This document shows positions 36,881 through 51,365 of a DNA stretch of 64,000 bases, one piece after another. The position numbers and the translations under genes were made by a program. The stretch's first letter is position 1. Each line of letters opens with the position of its first letter. Source of the stretch: Octopus sinensis (Eukaryota); assembly GCF_006345805.1 (NCBI RefSeq), contig NC_043011.1, positions 45,644,464 to 45,708,463 of the forward strand, given 5' to 3'. Under the pieces are notes generated by a model that was not told the DNA's origin, made no database searches, and saw nothing but the letters and a program-made list of their open reading frames with translations.

Positions 36881-37380
36881 TGAATACATGCACACACATA
36901 TGTGTGTGTATGTATAAAATGTCACTGTATTCTATTTAGCCTTTATGTGTTTTTTATTTTCATATTTTCTGTGAGTCCCTTGCATTTTATTTTGAACAAT
37001 AATTCCAAAATCCATCACCAACAGTTCTAGACTTTCACTGCCACTTCATCAGGATGTGAACTGTTATTAGCAAAATAAACTGCCTCTTTTACGATAGGCT
37101 AATGTGCTTTCTGCAGATTTTATCACCTGAGTTTGTTTAGACATTTTCTTCAGAACATGAAATCTAATCATTAGATTTATATGCCATTAATAACATGTAT
37201 AATTTGTTTACAACGTGTATATGTTGTCTATATGTTTTCTCCAAACAAACTACAGGGGAGACATATGAAAATAATAAGAAACAAAAATTAAAACCAGGAC
37301 GTGGTTGTGTTTTCGATATGTGTCTAAAAGAAAAGCTGTTCTCTATTTATACAATAATACATACATTATGTATACATGGT

Positions 37381-37427
<47 letters not shown>

Positions 37428-37691
37428 GTGTGTGTGTGTGTGTATGTGTGTGTGTGCATGTGTGTGTGTGTATTTATGTATACACACACACACACACATA
37501 AATATTCATATATATGTATATAAGCAGGTGTTTGTGATGTGTGTGTGTTTATATATATATGTATGGCTGTATGGATATATGTGTGTGTATATATATATAC
37601 TACACACACACACACACACATATATATATTATATACACACACATATGCATAAAAATATACATATATGCATACAAACATACTTATATATGTG

Positions 37692-37725
<34 letters not shown>

Positions 37726-37964
37726 TATATATGCATATATATATGTGTGTATGTATGCATATATGCGTGTGTATGTATGCATATGTATATGTATATAGGT
37801 TTGTGCAAACACAGACACATACTCATCATACACACAAAAAACTGCATTATTGTTAACACTGACGCACAAAGCTTTTCATTTCAAAGAGAGAGCGGACAGT
37901 AAACAATTATGAACAAATTATGTTGTGTAGCAGAAGATTTTATGTGTAGTAGAGCAACATTATT

Positions 37965-38043
37965 ACCATTACTACTACTACTATTATTGTTGTTGTTGTT
38001 GTTGTTGTTATTACTACGACTACTATTATTATTATTATTATTA

Positions 38044-38079
<36 letters not shown>

Positions 38080-38146
38080 CATCATTATTATTATTATCAT
38101 CATGATCATCATTGCCATCACTGTTATCATTGTTATTGTTTTCATC

Positions 38147-38193
<47 letters not shown>

Positions 38194-38216
38194 CATTATT
38201 ATTATTATTATTATTA

Positions 38217-38271
<55 letters not shown>

Positions 38272-38292
38272 CATTATTATTATTATCATTAC
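37965..38292. repeat. (TAT)n/(CAT)n/(GTT)n trinucleotide tract
   Basis: Direct reading. Confidence 0.96.
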
Positions 38293-38997
38293 ATTTTCGT
38301 AATGTTTTTATTTTTGTTCATCCCATTGTTTTCGTTTTCTTCTCCTCCCTTTGATGCACATTGTGTGCAACAATTGCGAGACAATTACAAACATCTTGGT
38401 GCATCGTCTCTGTCTCCTCACTTGATAAACATCTCCATTAATGATGTTGATCAGATGTGTAGTTAATATGATATTTTAAAATTCTGTATCATGTTCATAT
38501 CTTCATAACACACCACGTGTTTCAGATTACAAGTTTAGTGGGACAACCAAAAGATGGTCCCAGTGTAATGTTATAAATACGTGTGTTAAATTTTAAGTTC
38601 ATTGTCGTCTATATTTCAAATGTATTACTCTTTTACTCTTTTACTTGTTTCAGTCATTTGACTGTGGCCATGCTGGAGCAGCTGCTTTTAGTCGAGCAAA
38701 TCGACCCCAGGACTTATTCTTTGTAAGCCTGGTACTTATTCTATTGGTCTCCTTTGCTGAAGCGCTAAGTTTCGGGGGACGTAAACACACCAGCATCGGT
38801 TGTCAAGCGATGTTGGGGGGACAAACACAGACACATGCACACACACACACGCACGCACACACATGTATATATATATATATATATACATATATGATGGGCT
38901 TATTTCAGTTTCCGTCTACCAAATCCACTCACAAGGCTTTGGTCGGCCCGAGGCTATAATAGAAGAAACTTGCCCAAGGTGCCACGCTGTGGGAGTG

Positions 38998-39052
<55 letters not shown>

Positions 39053-39860
39053 TAAAGTTAGGTTTCTATATTTTGGTATCTTTGTTTTATCTTCTACTAA
39101 TTTATTCTCTGTTAGATAACACAAGGTGTATAATAACAATTGCGATCCCTCTGATATTTTCAGGTTGTATATGATATCTATAATATTATATTTGATATCT
39201 GTAGGTTCATATTGACGTCCTCAAGTTGTGTGTGATATCTTTAATTACTGTATAATATTCTTTTGTTCTTTAACAGTGTCAGTCATAGAACCATGGGCAT
39301 ATTGGAGCACTAGCTTCAGGGTTTTAATCAATTCAATTATATTTGCATCTTGTTCTACTTATTGACTTCAGAAATTGGAAAACCAAAGTCAACCAAAGTC
39401 AGCTGTGGCAGGATTGCAACCCTAAACATATTTTTTTCAAGGGTCTGTATTTATCAAGTTCTATATTATATTTTGGGGTTCTTCAAGTTCAGAGAAATGT
39501 CTTTAGATCTTTGGTGGTATTTTCAAATTCTGTATACCTACAAAATTTATGTACATACATACATACATAAATGCATACACACAGACATACATATGAAAGT
39601 TCATACATACATATAAGCATGCATGTATACATACATACATACATTCATGCATTTCATACAATCACACACACACACATATATGTATATATATATACATACA
39701 TAAACAATGCATATATTTATGTGTGTGTAAGCACATATAAGCACAAATATGTGTGTGTATATATGAATATGTATATATGCATGGATGTATGCATGTATGT
39801 ATGTGTGCATGATCTATATATCCATGTGTGTACATATGTCTATTTCTACATGCACTTATC

Positions 39861-39911
<51 letters not shown>

Positions 39912-40764
39912 ATATATATAATATTATATATATCATATAAATAATATATATATAATACCACTACATACAACCCCACACACAACACACATATATATATATA
40001 TACATATATAATGCAATATATATGTGTGTCTGTATATATATATATATATATATATATACAGACACACACACATATGTTTGCATATATATGTATTTAATAC
40101 AATATAATGTAATATAATTTAATATAATACAATATAATGTAACAAAAATGGAACTACAATAAAAGATTTGCCACTCAAAAATCTCAATAAAATGTGGGAG
40201 AAATAACAAAGCAACAAAAAAACTGACAAAAAGCAAAAATATAACACACACAACAATCATGACAACATTGCACAAAAGAAACATTAGCAACAATAACAAT
40301 AACAATAAGAAAAATATGCATCAGTGCAAAATTACTGCACTGGCAATTTAAATTTTCATAAATGTATTCAAGGATAAATATTTCCATTCTCCACAAGAAT
40401 TTGTAAATTTTTGGAGACAAAAAAAAACAACAACAAGCAACAATAAAATTAAGAGAAAAAAACAACAAAAAAAAACAATAAAAAATTGTAATAATCTTTA
40501 CACATTTTTAGATTTTCTTTTGAAACCTTCTCTGTTGGTGCAACAAATATATACATTGTATTAATCTATTAGGTAAATAGTTTTGATGTAGCTATGTGGT
40601 AAGTAGCTTGTTTACCAGCCACATGGTTCCGGGTTCATTCCCACTGTGTGGCACCTTGGGCAAGTATCTTCTACTATGGTCTCGGGCCGACCAAAGCCTT
40701 GTGGGCGGATTTGGTAGACAGAAACTAAAAGAAGCCCGTTGTGTATATATGTATATGTATATAT

Positions 40765-40960
40765 AAAGGGAAAGTTTACGAAAATAAACAAAAGACGAAG
40801 GCAGATGGTGTACAAACAAACAAATGTATTAGTATAGCGCTCAGGAATAGAAAAAGTCTTTCACGTTTCGAGCCTATGCTCTTCGACAGAAAGATACATA
40901 GAAAGAAACAAGGAGAGAACAAAAACTGCGTGTAGTAGCTAACAATCTATCATGGCATCT
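40765..40960 (-). mobile_element. Penelope pLTR-like repeat with minimal hammerhead motif, copy 3, nested in a SINE
   Basis: Homologous to copies 1 and 2 but with triplet GTG. Splits an OK-like SINE (head 40590-40740, tail 40985-41185). Confidence 0.7.
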
Positions 40961-41208
40961 ATCTATATGTATATATATATGTATGTGTGTGTATATGTTT
41001 GTCTCCCCAACATCGCTTGACAACCGATGCTGGTGTGTTTACATCCCCGTAACATAGCGGCTCAGCAAAAGAGTCCGATAGAAGTACTAGGCTTCCAAAG
41101 AATAAGTCCTGGGGTCGATTTGCTTGACTAAGGGCAGTGCTCCAGCATGGCCACAGTCAAATGACTGAAACAAGTAAAAGAGTAAAATCGTATAATTGTA
41201 TATATATG

Positions 41209-41266
<58 letters not shown>

Positions 41267-41334
41267 TACATATGTATGTATGTATGTATATATATATTAT
41301 ATATATATATATATAACACATATGTATGTATGTA

Positions 41335-41366
<32 letters not shown>

Positions 41367-41720
41367 ATGTATGTATGTGTATATATATTATGTATATATA
41401 GTAAGATATAAGTTAAAGGTTATTCAACCATCTAAGGGATAGATGTATCCATAGGCACTCCTAGTGTATTACCTCAGTATGTATGGTCCTCGTTATAAGG
41501 TATACAGTAGTAGGTAATTTAAAGGTAAAACCATGTTTTAATATATAGAGAGACGATAAGAAATAGAGCAATAATTAACAATGAGAAGTGGATCATTAGT
41601 GGTTTAAAGTCATTGTTTAATGTATATATATATATCTATGTCTCTCTCTCTCTCACTCAATCACTCTCTTTCTCTCCCTCCCCTCTCTTTCTCTCTCTCT
41701 CTATATATATGTATATATAT

Positions 41721-42648
41721 TTGGTCATCCTGTAAATAATGTGGTATTTTCAATTGCATGAACTAAAAAGTCAGAGAGGGAGGGGATAAGCTACCTGCAT
41801 CAACTTGCTATAAAAGCAGGTAATAATTTTACCTTGTTCTTATTTTTAGTGCAAGTTTGAAAGAGTGCAGGTTGATTTTAACAGCTATTTTTTCAAAGCT
41901 ATAATGGAAGTGACAAAGGAGCATATTTGGCATATTTTGCTTAATCAGTTCAATAATGGCAACAATGCAATGGAAAGTGCAAGGAAAATTAATGTTGCAT
42001 ATGAGAACTGGATAATAAGTGTAAGCCAGTGTCAATGGTGGTTCCAGAAATTCTGATATTGGAGTCCAATATAGCCTTCATCATCATCATCATTGTTCGA
42101 CCTTGGTCGAGACAATGGAATTTACTATGTTACGCCAGACTTCATGGTCCATCATAGCATTACGGAGGTCCTGTTGCTGGATGCCTGTATCCCTGGAGAT
42201 TACATCAGGGTAGGAGAGTGTGCGCCCTCTGGTATTGCGAGTAGATGGCTTCCAGAGGAGAAGAGTAGAATTACTTCTTTTTCAGCTCTACAACAATGTC
42301 CAGCAAACTGGACTCCTCCTTTCACAAGAGATGACACAGGTGGTAGTTTCCATATATTTACATTTTGGTTGGATGGCGCTTCCACGAGAGATTTTGAGCT
42401 CTCATAAGGAGGCGAGTGTAGGTTCCATCCAACCGCCTCTCAAGCTTTTGCTCTTCACTGGATTCTGACAAACCATCACAGACAAGTGAATTTTGGAAGA
42501 GGGACCTTGTAAATCTACTAGATAGATGGAAGATCATTGTAGAAAATGAAGGAGAGTATATTTTAGATTAAAAAAGAATTTTGTTTATCTTAATTTTGAA
42601 AAATAAAAGAAGTATAAAAAAACCCACATTACTTATGGGATGATCCAA
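41721..42648 (+). mobile_element. Internally deleted mariner with LINE insert
   Basis: Imperfect TIRs TTGGTCATCCTGTAAATAATGTGG and CCACATTACTTATGGGATGATCCAA-TA. N-terminal EVTKEHIWHILLNQF...QWWFQKF and C-terminal LLDRWKIIVENEGEYILD*. Confidence 0.85.
42079..42462 (-). mobile_element. RTE-type LINE 3' fragment with (GAT)n tail
   Basis: Minus strand, with a frameshift: QFAGHCCRAEKE...WKPSTRNTRGRTLSYPDVISRDTGIQQQDLRNAMMDHEVWRNIV. Confidence 0.85.
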
Positions 42649-43361
42649 TATATACCTATATGTGGTATTCTATTCCTCCCCTTCATCCTCATCAACATCA
42701 TCATCATCAACATCAACATCAATATCATCATTTAACATCCACTTTCCATGCCAGCATGGAAAGTGGATGGTTTGACAGAATCCAGTGAACAGCAAGGCTA
42801 CATTGGACTCCAATATCAGCTTTGTGTGTGTGTGCTCACATGTGTGAATATGTGTGTGCGTGTGCATATACAAATACATATATGTATACACAAACATATG
42901 TATATATATAATGTGTATGTAAATATGTATATATATATCGATATACACATATGCATATATATATATATACACACTCACATATACACGCACATCTACACAT
43001 ACATGTATGCATATATGTAAGTGCATATTAGTATGTGTACACAAATATATATCATCATATATCACACTCACTCACTGGCACTCTGTTGCTATGACGATGA
43101 GAGTTCCACTTGATCCAATTGACAGAACAGCCTGCTCTGAAATTCACATGCATGTGGCTGAGCACTCTACAGACATGTGTACCCTTAAACGTAGGTACAG
43201 GTTGATGGGTCTTCTTCTCAAATATGACATAATGCCAAAGCTTTAGTCATTGCCTCCATGAGGCACATATATACATACACACACACAGACATATACATAC
43301 AAACATACATACATACATACATATACGCTACATACATACATACACTACATACATACGTACA

Positions 43362-43395
<34 letters not shown>

Positions 43396-43462
43396 CATAC
43401 ATACGTACATACATACATACACATACATACGTACATACATACATACATACTTACTTAATACT

Positions 43463-43505
<43 letters not shown>

Positions 43506-43631
43506 TACATGCATTCACATACACACAGGTTTTCCTTTTAAGTATTCTACTGAGTTGTTAAGGAGGAAAATGAGATAATAAAGAAGTCAGCACAAATAAA
43601 GAAAATATTTAATTACAAAATGAGAAAGTGA

Positions 43632-43675
<44 letters not shown>

Positions 43676-44061
43676 TAGATAGACAGTCAGACAGAGGGAG
43701 ATGGAGAATAAAAGAGAGAAGGAGAAATGTGAGGGAGAGATATTTGTACATGTATTGTACTCACCATTATAGTTAACAACTATCGTAAACATATACATAC
43801 ATACATACATGCATACATACATATACTATATATATATATATATGTGCATATATATATATATGCCTATATGTATATGCATACACACACATGCATATATATA
43901 TATATGTGTGTATCTACAGGTGTGTACATAAGTGTGTATGTATGTATATATATATATATATATATATCTCACCCCTCTCACCCCCTCTCTCTCTCCTATA
44001 TATATATATCTCCCTCTCTCTCTCTCCTTATATATATATATTATATATATATATATATATA

Positions 44062-44103
<42 letters not shown>

Positions 44104-44480
44104 TATATGCCTATTATACACACACATATATATATCACATATACACACACAAAAACACACACTTACAGAGTTGCACACGTAGTAAAAAGATAAGACAGGC
44201 CGATAGTTATTAGGCAGAACAGCTCATCCAAAACAACACAGCTTTATAAATAACTCAAAGCATATTATCACCATCATCATCATCATCATCATCATCACCC
44301 CCTCCCCCAACCATTGCCTTCATCATCATCACTGCAATTATTATTATTCATCTTATCATTGTGTTTTTCGAAACAGAAATGAATTTCTATTTTTTCCATT
44401 TTTTCGGGTTTTTTTTTTTTTTTTGCTTTTCTTATATTTCGTACAACAAATGTTTACATTCATTTCTTTGTTTTCACCAG

Positions 44481-44536
44481 TAACCCAGTATTCAGCACTG
44501 TACTTTCTGCAATTCACAGCATCTCTGTTATCATTG
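44481..44536 (+). CDS. Candidate 56-nt exon
   Basis: Strong acceptor catttctttgttttcaccag, donor TTG|gtcagt. Chain frame reads NPVFSTVLSAIHSISVII. Confidence 0.38.
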
Positions 44537-45095
44537 GTCAGTTTCCTCTTTGTTTATTCTGTTATTATTAAAATAGTAGTCAGTCATTGGACTATGGTCA
44601 TACTGGAGCACTTCTTTGAAGTGTCAAGATGATTGCATGAGACCCAGTACTTTGTTCAGCAAAGTATATGCTTTATCAAATTCCTAAATTATATATTTGA
44701 TAGGAATGGACAAATTTTGGTCTACTTGTTTACAGTCAAATACATAAACTAGACTGTGACACAGGTATACTCAAGTATCTACCTATATAAATATATGTGT
44801 GTGTGTGTTTACATAAATATATAATATAATATAAACATGTGTATATATGTGTGTGTGTTTGTTTGTGTATTTGTGTGAATATATATATGTATATATATAT
44901 TTATATATATATATATTATCTTCAAAACACAGAGTAGATAAAACAGGGGACAACTGATGAAGGGAATGTTTTTTATGTTGCCTGTCTCGTTTCTCATTTT
45001 GTTCACGTTTTTTTGATGTTTTGTACCCATATATGCATGTATATATGCATATATATGTAGGTATGTACACATATGTATGTATATATGCATATATT

Positions 45096-45142
<47 letters not shown>

Positions 45143-45360
45143 GGTGTATGTGTGTATGAATATAATAATATAAATATGTGTATATATATGTGCGTGTGTG
45201 TTTTGTGTGTGTGTGTGTGTGTATGTATGTATAAATATATAATATATAATATATATCTTCTTCCCCTTCCTTCCTGAGCATCCAATAATACTATATTTTG
45301 TTCCATGTCCTCGCGTTGTTGTGTTTTCTCTTTGTGTTTTCATGTTTGGATTAACTTTAA

Positions 45361-45393
<33 letters not shown>

Positions 45394-46058
45394 ATATAGA
45401 TATATAGGTATATATATGCATGTGTGTGTATGTATATAGGCATATATAAGTATGTGTGTGTGTGTGAGAAGATATTCCCCAAAAAGGATCTTTTCAATTT
45501 CAGTCACAGATTTTGTAATTAATTTTCTTTTTAACTAAGCAGTTTGAAACTTTGGATACTGGTTGAATATGTCACGCAGAACACTGTTTACTCTTAACGT
45601 TTTTGACAAATTTTTATTTTAGAAGTTATTTCGTGTTAAAGTTGTCATATTTAAGTAATTTAACCAATTGATGACGAAAGTTACTGCTGTTAGCGAAAGT
45701 AATGGAAGAGCAACGATATCTGGGTCATTGGGTCATCTGAGTTTGATGCTGTATACATATATGTACGTAAATACACAGGCACATGTATATGTATACACAC
45801 ACACATACACACAACAATACATACACATACATGCAGCTTTTAGAATGCTGAGGAAAAGAAAGGGAGATGGGTGTGAGGAATACATAGCTTTAAGGAGGGA
45901 GGAGGATTGTAAAGTTGCTGACAGTTGTTCATGCAGCGTTTCTGCTGTCCATCACACACACACACTCACACACACACACACATACATTCCTATGTAAAGC
46001 TGATAAACCCCCCCGAATTGAAGCAAGGAAAAGGAGAGGGTTTGATAAATTAATATTA

Positions 46059-46460
46059 GGCGCAGGAGTGGCTGTGTGGTAAGTAGCTTGCTAACCAACC
46101 ACATGGTTCCGGGTTCAGTCCCACTGCGTGGCATCTTGGGCAAGTGTCTTCTGCTATAGCCCCGGGCCAACCAATGCCTTGTGAGTGGATTTGGTAGACG
46201 GAAACTGAAAGAAGCCTGTTGTATATATGTATATATATATATATGTGTGTGTATGTGTGTGTGTTTGTCCCCCTAGCATTGCTTGACAACCGATGCTGGT
46301 GTGTTTACGTCCCCGTAACTTAGCGGTTCGGCAAAAGAGACCGATAGAATAAGTACTGGGCTTACAAAGAATAAGTCCCGGGGTCGATTTGCTCGACTAA
46401 AGGCGGTGCTCCAGCATGGCCACAGTCAAATGACTGAAACAAGTAAAAGAGTAAAAGAGT
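46059..46460 (+). mobile_element. Young full-length CORE-type (OK-like) SINE
   Basis: Complete head GGCGCAGGAGTGGCTGTGTGG through AAAGAGTAAAAGAGT tail with CpGs retained. Near-identical copy at 61650-62048. Confidence 0.92.
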
Positions 46461-47266
46461 GGTAGGGAGGTTGGTAGGTTTATATAAGCTGTCATTCAGA
46501 TCGTCAACATACCACCACTCTCTCTGTTCTCTCTCTCTCTCTCTCTCTACGATTTCCTAGAGATGACACCCAAATCTCTCTCAATGTCACACGCTAACAT
46601 TATATAAACGAGAGGACACACTGGATAAGATGGAAAAAATACACACACACACACACACGCACACGTGTATGTATTCCCTATAAGAGAACTTTCTGTTTTT
46701 CTCACCGTTGTTATTTTTTATACTTTTCTCCTGCCTCCCTATCTCTCTTTCATGACCTGATAATATCCCAGGAGAACCATGTCTCAGAGAAAACCAAAAG
46801 ATTGTGCTGACAAGTACTGCCCACATCCTTAGAAAAACCCTATCAATTTAAATGTGTGTTGTATTACATGAAGATATTTCACTACTACCCTTGCTATTTC
46901 CCCTCCTAAAGCTTTCAGTCATACTGTAATATCTCTTAACCTTCACTCACCCTAGAACATGTGTGTCTTGGTGAGTGATTGTAACAATCATATAAATTAA
47001 AAGTAAATAATAATAACAAGAACAAGAAGAAGAACAACAACAGTAATAATTATAATAATCTATATAATAATCTGCTTGGAAGTGAGGTGAGGAGAAAGAG
47101 AGAAATATAAAATGCTTAGCAGAGGGACATTTTAAAATATAATATATTATAATGACTGCAAGTGAAATACATAGCAAAATAAAAATAAGAATGCAAATCT
47201 TTCTTTCTTTCTTAAATAGCTTCTCTTAATCTTTTTCATTCTGTGAAATTTCCACAAGTCCCATTA

Positions 47267-47305
<39 letters not shown>

Positions 47306-47534
47306 TAATAATAATAATATTATTAATATAATATTATTATGTGTCGGTGGCACATAAAATCACCCACTACACTCTCGGAGTGGTTGGCGTTAGGAAGGGC
47401 ATCCAGCTGTAGAAACACTGCCAGATCTGACTGGCCTGGTGCAGCCTTCGGGCTTGCCAGACCCCAGTTGAACCGTCCAACCCATGCTAGCATGGAAAGC
47501 GGACGTTAAACGATGATGATGATGATGATGATGA

Positions 47535-48260
47535 ATATTGGCTTCTCACTTGTAATGATGAAAAGTAAAGTCAAACTCAACAGAATTTGAACTCTGAATG
47601 TAAAAGACAGACGAAATATCACTAAACATTTCACCTGGCATGCTAACAGTTCTTTTCTACTCTAGGCACAAGGCCTGAAATTTTTGGGGAGGGGCCTAGT
47701 CGATTAGATCAACCCCAGTACGCAATTGGTACTTAATTTATCGACCCTGAAAGGATGAAAGGCAAAGTCGACCTCGATGGAATTTGAACTCAGAACGTAA
47801 AGGCAGACGAAATACCACTAAGCATTTCACCCGGTGTGCTAACGTTTCTTATTTCTTTATTGCCCACAAGGGGCTAAACATAAAGGGGACAAGGAAGGAC
47901 AGACAAAGGGATTAAGTCGATTACATCGACCCCAATGCAAAACTGGTACTTAATTTATCGACCCTGAAAGGATGAAAGGCAAAGTCATCCTTGGCGGAAT
48001 TTGAACTCAGAACATAAAGGCAGATGAAATACCTATTTCTTTACTACCCACAATGGGCTAAACACAGAGAGGACAAACAAGGACAAACAAACGGATTAAT
48101 TCGATTATACCGCCCCCAGTGCATAACTGGTACTTATTTAATCGACCCCAAAAGGATGAAAGGTAAAGTCGACCTCGGCGGAATTTGAACTCAGAACATA
48201 AAGACAGACGAAATACCGCTAAACTTTTCACTCGGCGGGCTAACGTTTCTGCCAGCTCAC
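47535..48260 (-). mobile_element. Tandem array of four Meta-domain SINE units
   Basis: Repeated GAATTTGAACTCAGAAC and AAAGGATGAAAGGCAAAGTCGACC blocks. Confidence 0.88.
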
Positions 48261-48272
48261 CAAATGATAATA

Positions 48273-48337
<65 letters not shown>

Positions 48338-48340
<3 letters not shown>

Positions 48341-48815
48341 GAGAAAGCAACCATACTCTGGGATATGCCGATACACACAGATAGAGAAATTAAGGCCAAC
48401 AGACCAGATATAGTTGTCAGAGATCATGAAGAAAAAAAATGCTTTCTAATTGATGTATCAATACCGGCAGATGACAACGTGTCTCTAAAAGAAATGGAGA
48501 AACTCTCAAAATACAAAGACCTGGAAATAGAGGTAACCAGAATGTGGAATCTGAAAACAGAAACAATTCCTATCATAGTAGGTGCATTAGGCATGATAAA
48601 AAAATATTCAGACAAATACATAACAAAAACACCAGGACTTACAAACACATATAACATACAGAAAATTGCACTACTAGGCACTGCACACATCCTACGCAGA
48701 ACACTTTCCATACAATAACCATCAGAGCATCACAACAAATCACAGCACATACCCAAGGCACACAGAGCTGCGCTCGGTAGTGAAGTGAAAGCACGCTATA
48801 AAAATAAAACTACTG
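48338..48815 (+). mobile_element. R4/Dong-clade non-LTR 3' end (restriction-like endonuclease) in (TAA)n
   Basis: ILWDMPIHTDREIKANRPDIVVRD...LIDVSIPADDNVSLKEMEKLSKYKDL...PIIVGALG...QKIALLGTAHILRRTL*, uninterrupted to the stop at 48718 and flanked by (AAT)n on both sides. Confidence 0.9.
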
Positions 48816-49210
48816 AATAATAATAATAATAATAATAATCCTTTCTACCATAGACACAAAGCTGGAAATTTTGGTAGAGCAGGCTAGCCATGTATATTGA
48901 TCCCTGTTTTCAGCAGGTACTTATTTCATTGACTTATAATATAATAACAACATTGTGAGCAGCGGCAACAACAATAACAATGACAACAACAACAACAACG
49001 ACGATGATGATGATGATGATGATGACATCAACGACGACGATGATGATAATTAGAATAGATATTTTGCTCAGTCAGTTTTGTCTGTATTATCTACTATGAA
49101 CAACTTGGAGTGTAACTGAATGTGCAAGAAAGTTGCACAATTTTTGATTGCAAGCACATAGCCTACTGTTTACATACAATCTAGTCTGGTGCAGCAGTTA
49201 TTGTTCACAG

Positions 49211-49254
49211 TATGCACCTTAGCTGCTGCAGTTCCTTACAAGTGCACTTGTCAG
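49211..49254 (+). CDS. Candidate 44-nt exon
   Basis: gttattgttcacag|...CAG|gtattt. Chain frame reads CTLAAAVPYKCTCQ. Confidence 0.35.
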
Positions 49255-49989
49255 GTATTTTTTTTTTCTATCTCTTGACAATGAAGAAGAAGGAAGTTAG
49301 TGAGTGGGGTGGGAGAGACATCTGTTTGTCAAATAGATCAATGTATGGAATAGCTGTGTGTGTGTGTATGTGTGTGACTGTGTATGTGAGTGTGTGTATA
49401 TGTAACTGTGTATGCATATGGTTGTGTGTGTATATATGTGTGTGTATGTGAGTGTGTGTGTGTGTTTCTATAGATTTGTTTGTGTGTGTGTGTATTTCTA
49501 TATAGATTGTTTGTGTGTGTGTGTGTGTGACTGTGTATGTGAGTGTGTGTATAATATATGTGTGTGTGTGTTTCTATATAGATTTGTTTGTGTGTGTGTG
49601 TATGTGTGTGTAACTGTGCATATATATATGAGTGCATGGACGTCTGTACCTGCATGAGCGTGTGTGTATTTTGGAATAGGTTTGTGTGTGTGGATGTGTG
49701 TACCTGTGTGTATAGGTATGTGTGTGTATGTGTGTATCTCTGTATAGGTAAGTGTGTTGGAGGTGTATGCCTGCACATAAAAGTTTGTGTGTGTGTGCGT
49801 GTTTTGTGTATATGTGAGTGTATAACGTGAGTAGCTGTATGTACACGTGTACAGATATTGAATAGATATGTATGCATGTATATATTGAGTATATATATAT
49901 GTGTGTGTGTATGTGTGGCTTCATCAGTAGCAACTATATTATCAACATCATCGCCATCATCACTGCAACTACCCCACTACCATCTCTAC

Positions 49990-50640
49990 AAGCCACCACC
50001 ACGACCACGACCACCACTACAACCACCACCACCACCACCACCACCACCACTACCACAACCACCACAACCACCACCACAACCACCACGACCACCACCACCA
50101 CCACCACCATGACCACCAGTACCACCACCACCATCACCACCACCGCTGCCACCACTACAACACCACCACCACCACCACCACCACCACCACCACCACTACC
50201 ACCACTACAACCACCACCACCACAACCACTACAACCACCACCACCACCACAGCTACTTCCACCTCCTCCACTATTGCCACCACCTCCAACATGATATGAT
50301 AATTTTTATCATTGCTAATATTATTTTCACGTTGCTTCCATCACCAGATACACCGCCATAATCATTATCATCATCATCGTCGTCATCGTCGTCATCATCG
50401 TCATCTTCTTCAGTATCATCCTTATCCATGATAACTATTTTGATCATCACCATCATCATCATCATCATCATTATCATCATCATCATCATCATTGTCATTG
50501 TCATCGTCGTCATCATCATCACCATCGTTTTCACCATCATCATTGTCATCGTTGCTGTTATCGTTGTCATCGTCATCATCGCTATCCTCATCACTATCAT
50601 AAACATCATCATTATTATCACCATCACCATCATCAATAAC
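49990..50640. repeat. (CCA)n followed by (CAT)n low-complexity tracts
   Basis: Direct reading. Confidence 0.95.
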
Positions 50641-50872
50641 AACGATTTCAAATTTTAGCACAAGACTGGTAATTTCAAGAATGAGGGTAAGACAATTACA
50701 TCAACCCCAGTATTTGACTGGTACTTGTTTTATTGACCCTGGAAAGGTCAAAGACAAAGCTGGCCTTGGTGGTATTTGAACGCAGAACACAAAGACAGAT
50801 AAAATGCAACTTAACATTTTGTCTGACAGGCTAATGATTTTACCAGCTTACCACCTTATCATCAACAACATC

Positions 50873-50929
<57 letters not shown>

Positions 50930-50930
<1 letters not shown>

Positions 50931-51265
50931 TCTCTAAAAGAAATGGAGAAACTTTCAAAATACAAATACCTGGAAATAGAGGTAACCAGAATGTGGAATC
51001 TAAAAACAGAAACAATTCCTATCATAGTAGGTGCATTAGGCATGATAAAAAAAATATTCAGACAAATACATAACAAAAACACCAGTACTTACAAACACAT
51101 GTAACATACAGAAAATTGCACTACTAGGCACTGCACACACCCTACGCAGAACACTTTCCATACAATAGCCATCAGAGAATCACAACAAATCACAGCACAT
51201 ACCTAAGGCACACAGAGCTGCGCTCGGTAGTGAAGTGAACGCACGCTATAAAAATAAAACTACTG
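50930..51265 (+). mobile_element. Second, shorter R4/Dong-type 3' fragment in (TAA)n
   Basis: Highly similar to 48480-48815 with one extra A in the poly-A run; flanked by (TAA)n. Confidence 0.9.
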
Positions 51266-51287
51266 AATAATAATAATAATAATAATA

Positions 51288-51365
<78 letters not shown>

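Noticed and set aside
38536-38590. Extra plus-strand exon candidate (gtgtttcag|ATTACAAG)
   Set aside because: Weak donors and not phase-compatible with the chain. Recorded to show that candidate selection was not blind.
46059-46130. SINE heads as functional tRNA genes
   Set aside because: A- and B-box-like motifs are present, but they run into SINE bodies and do not form full cloverleafs.
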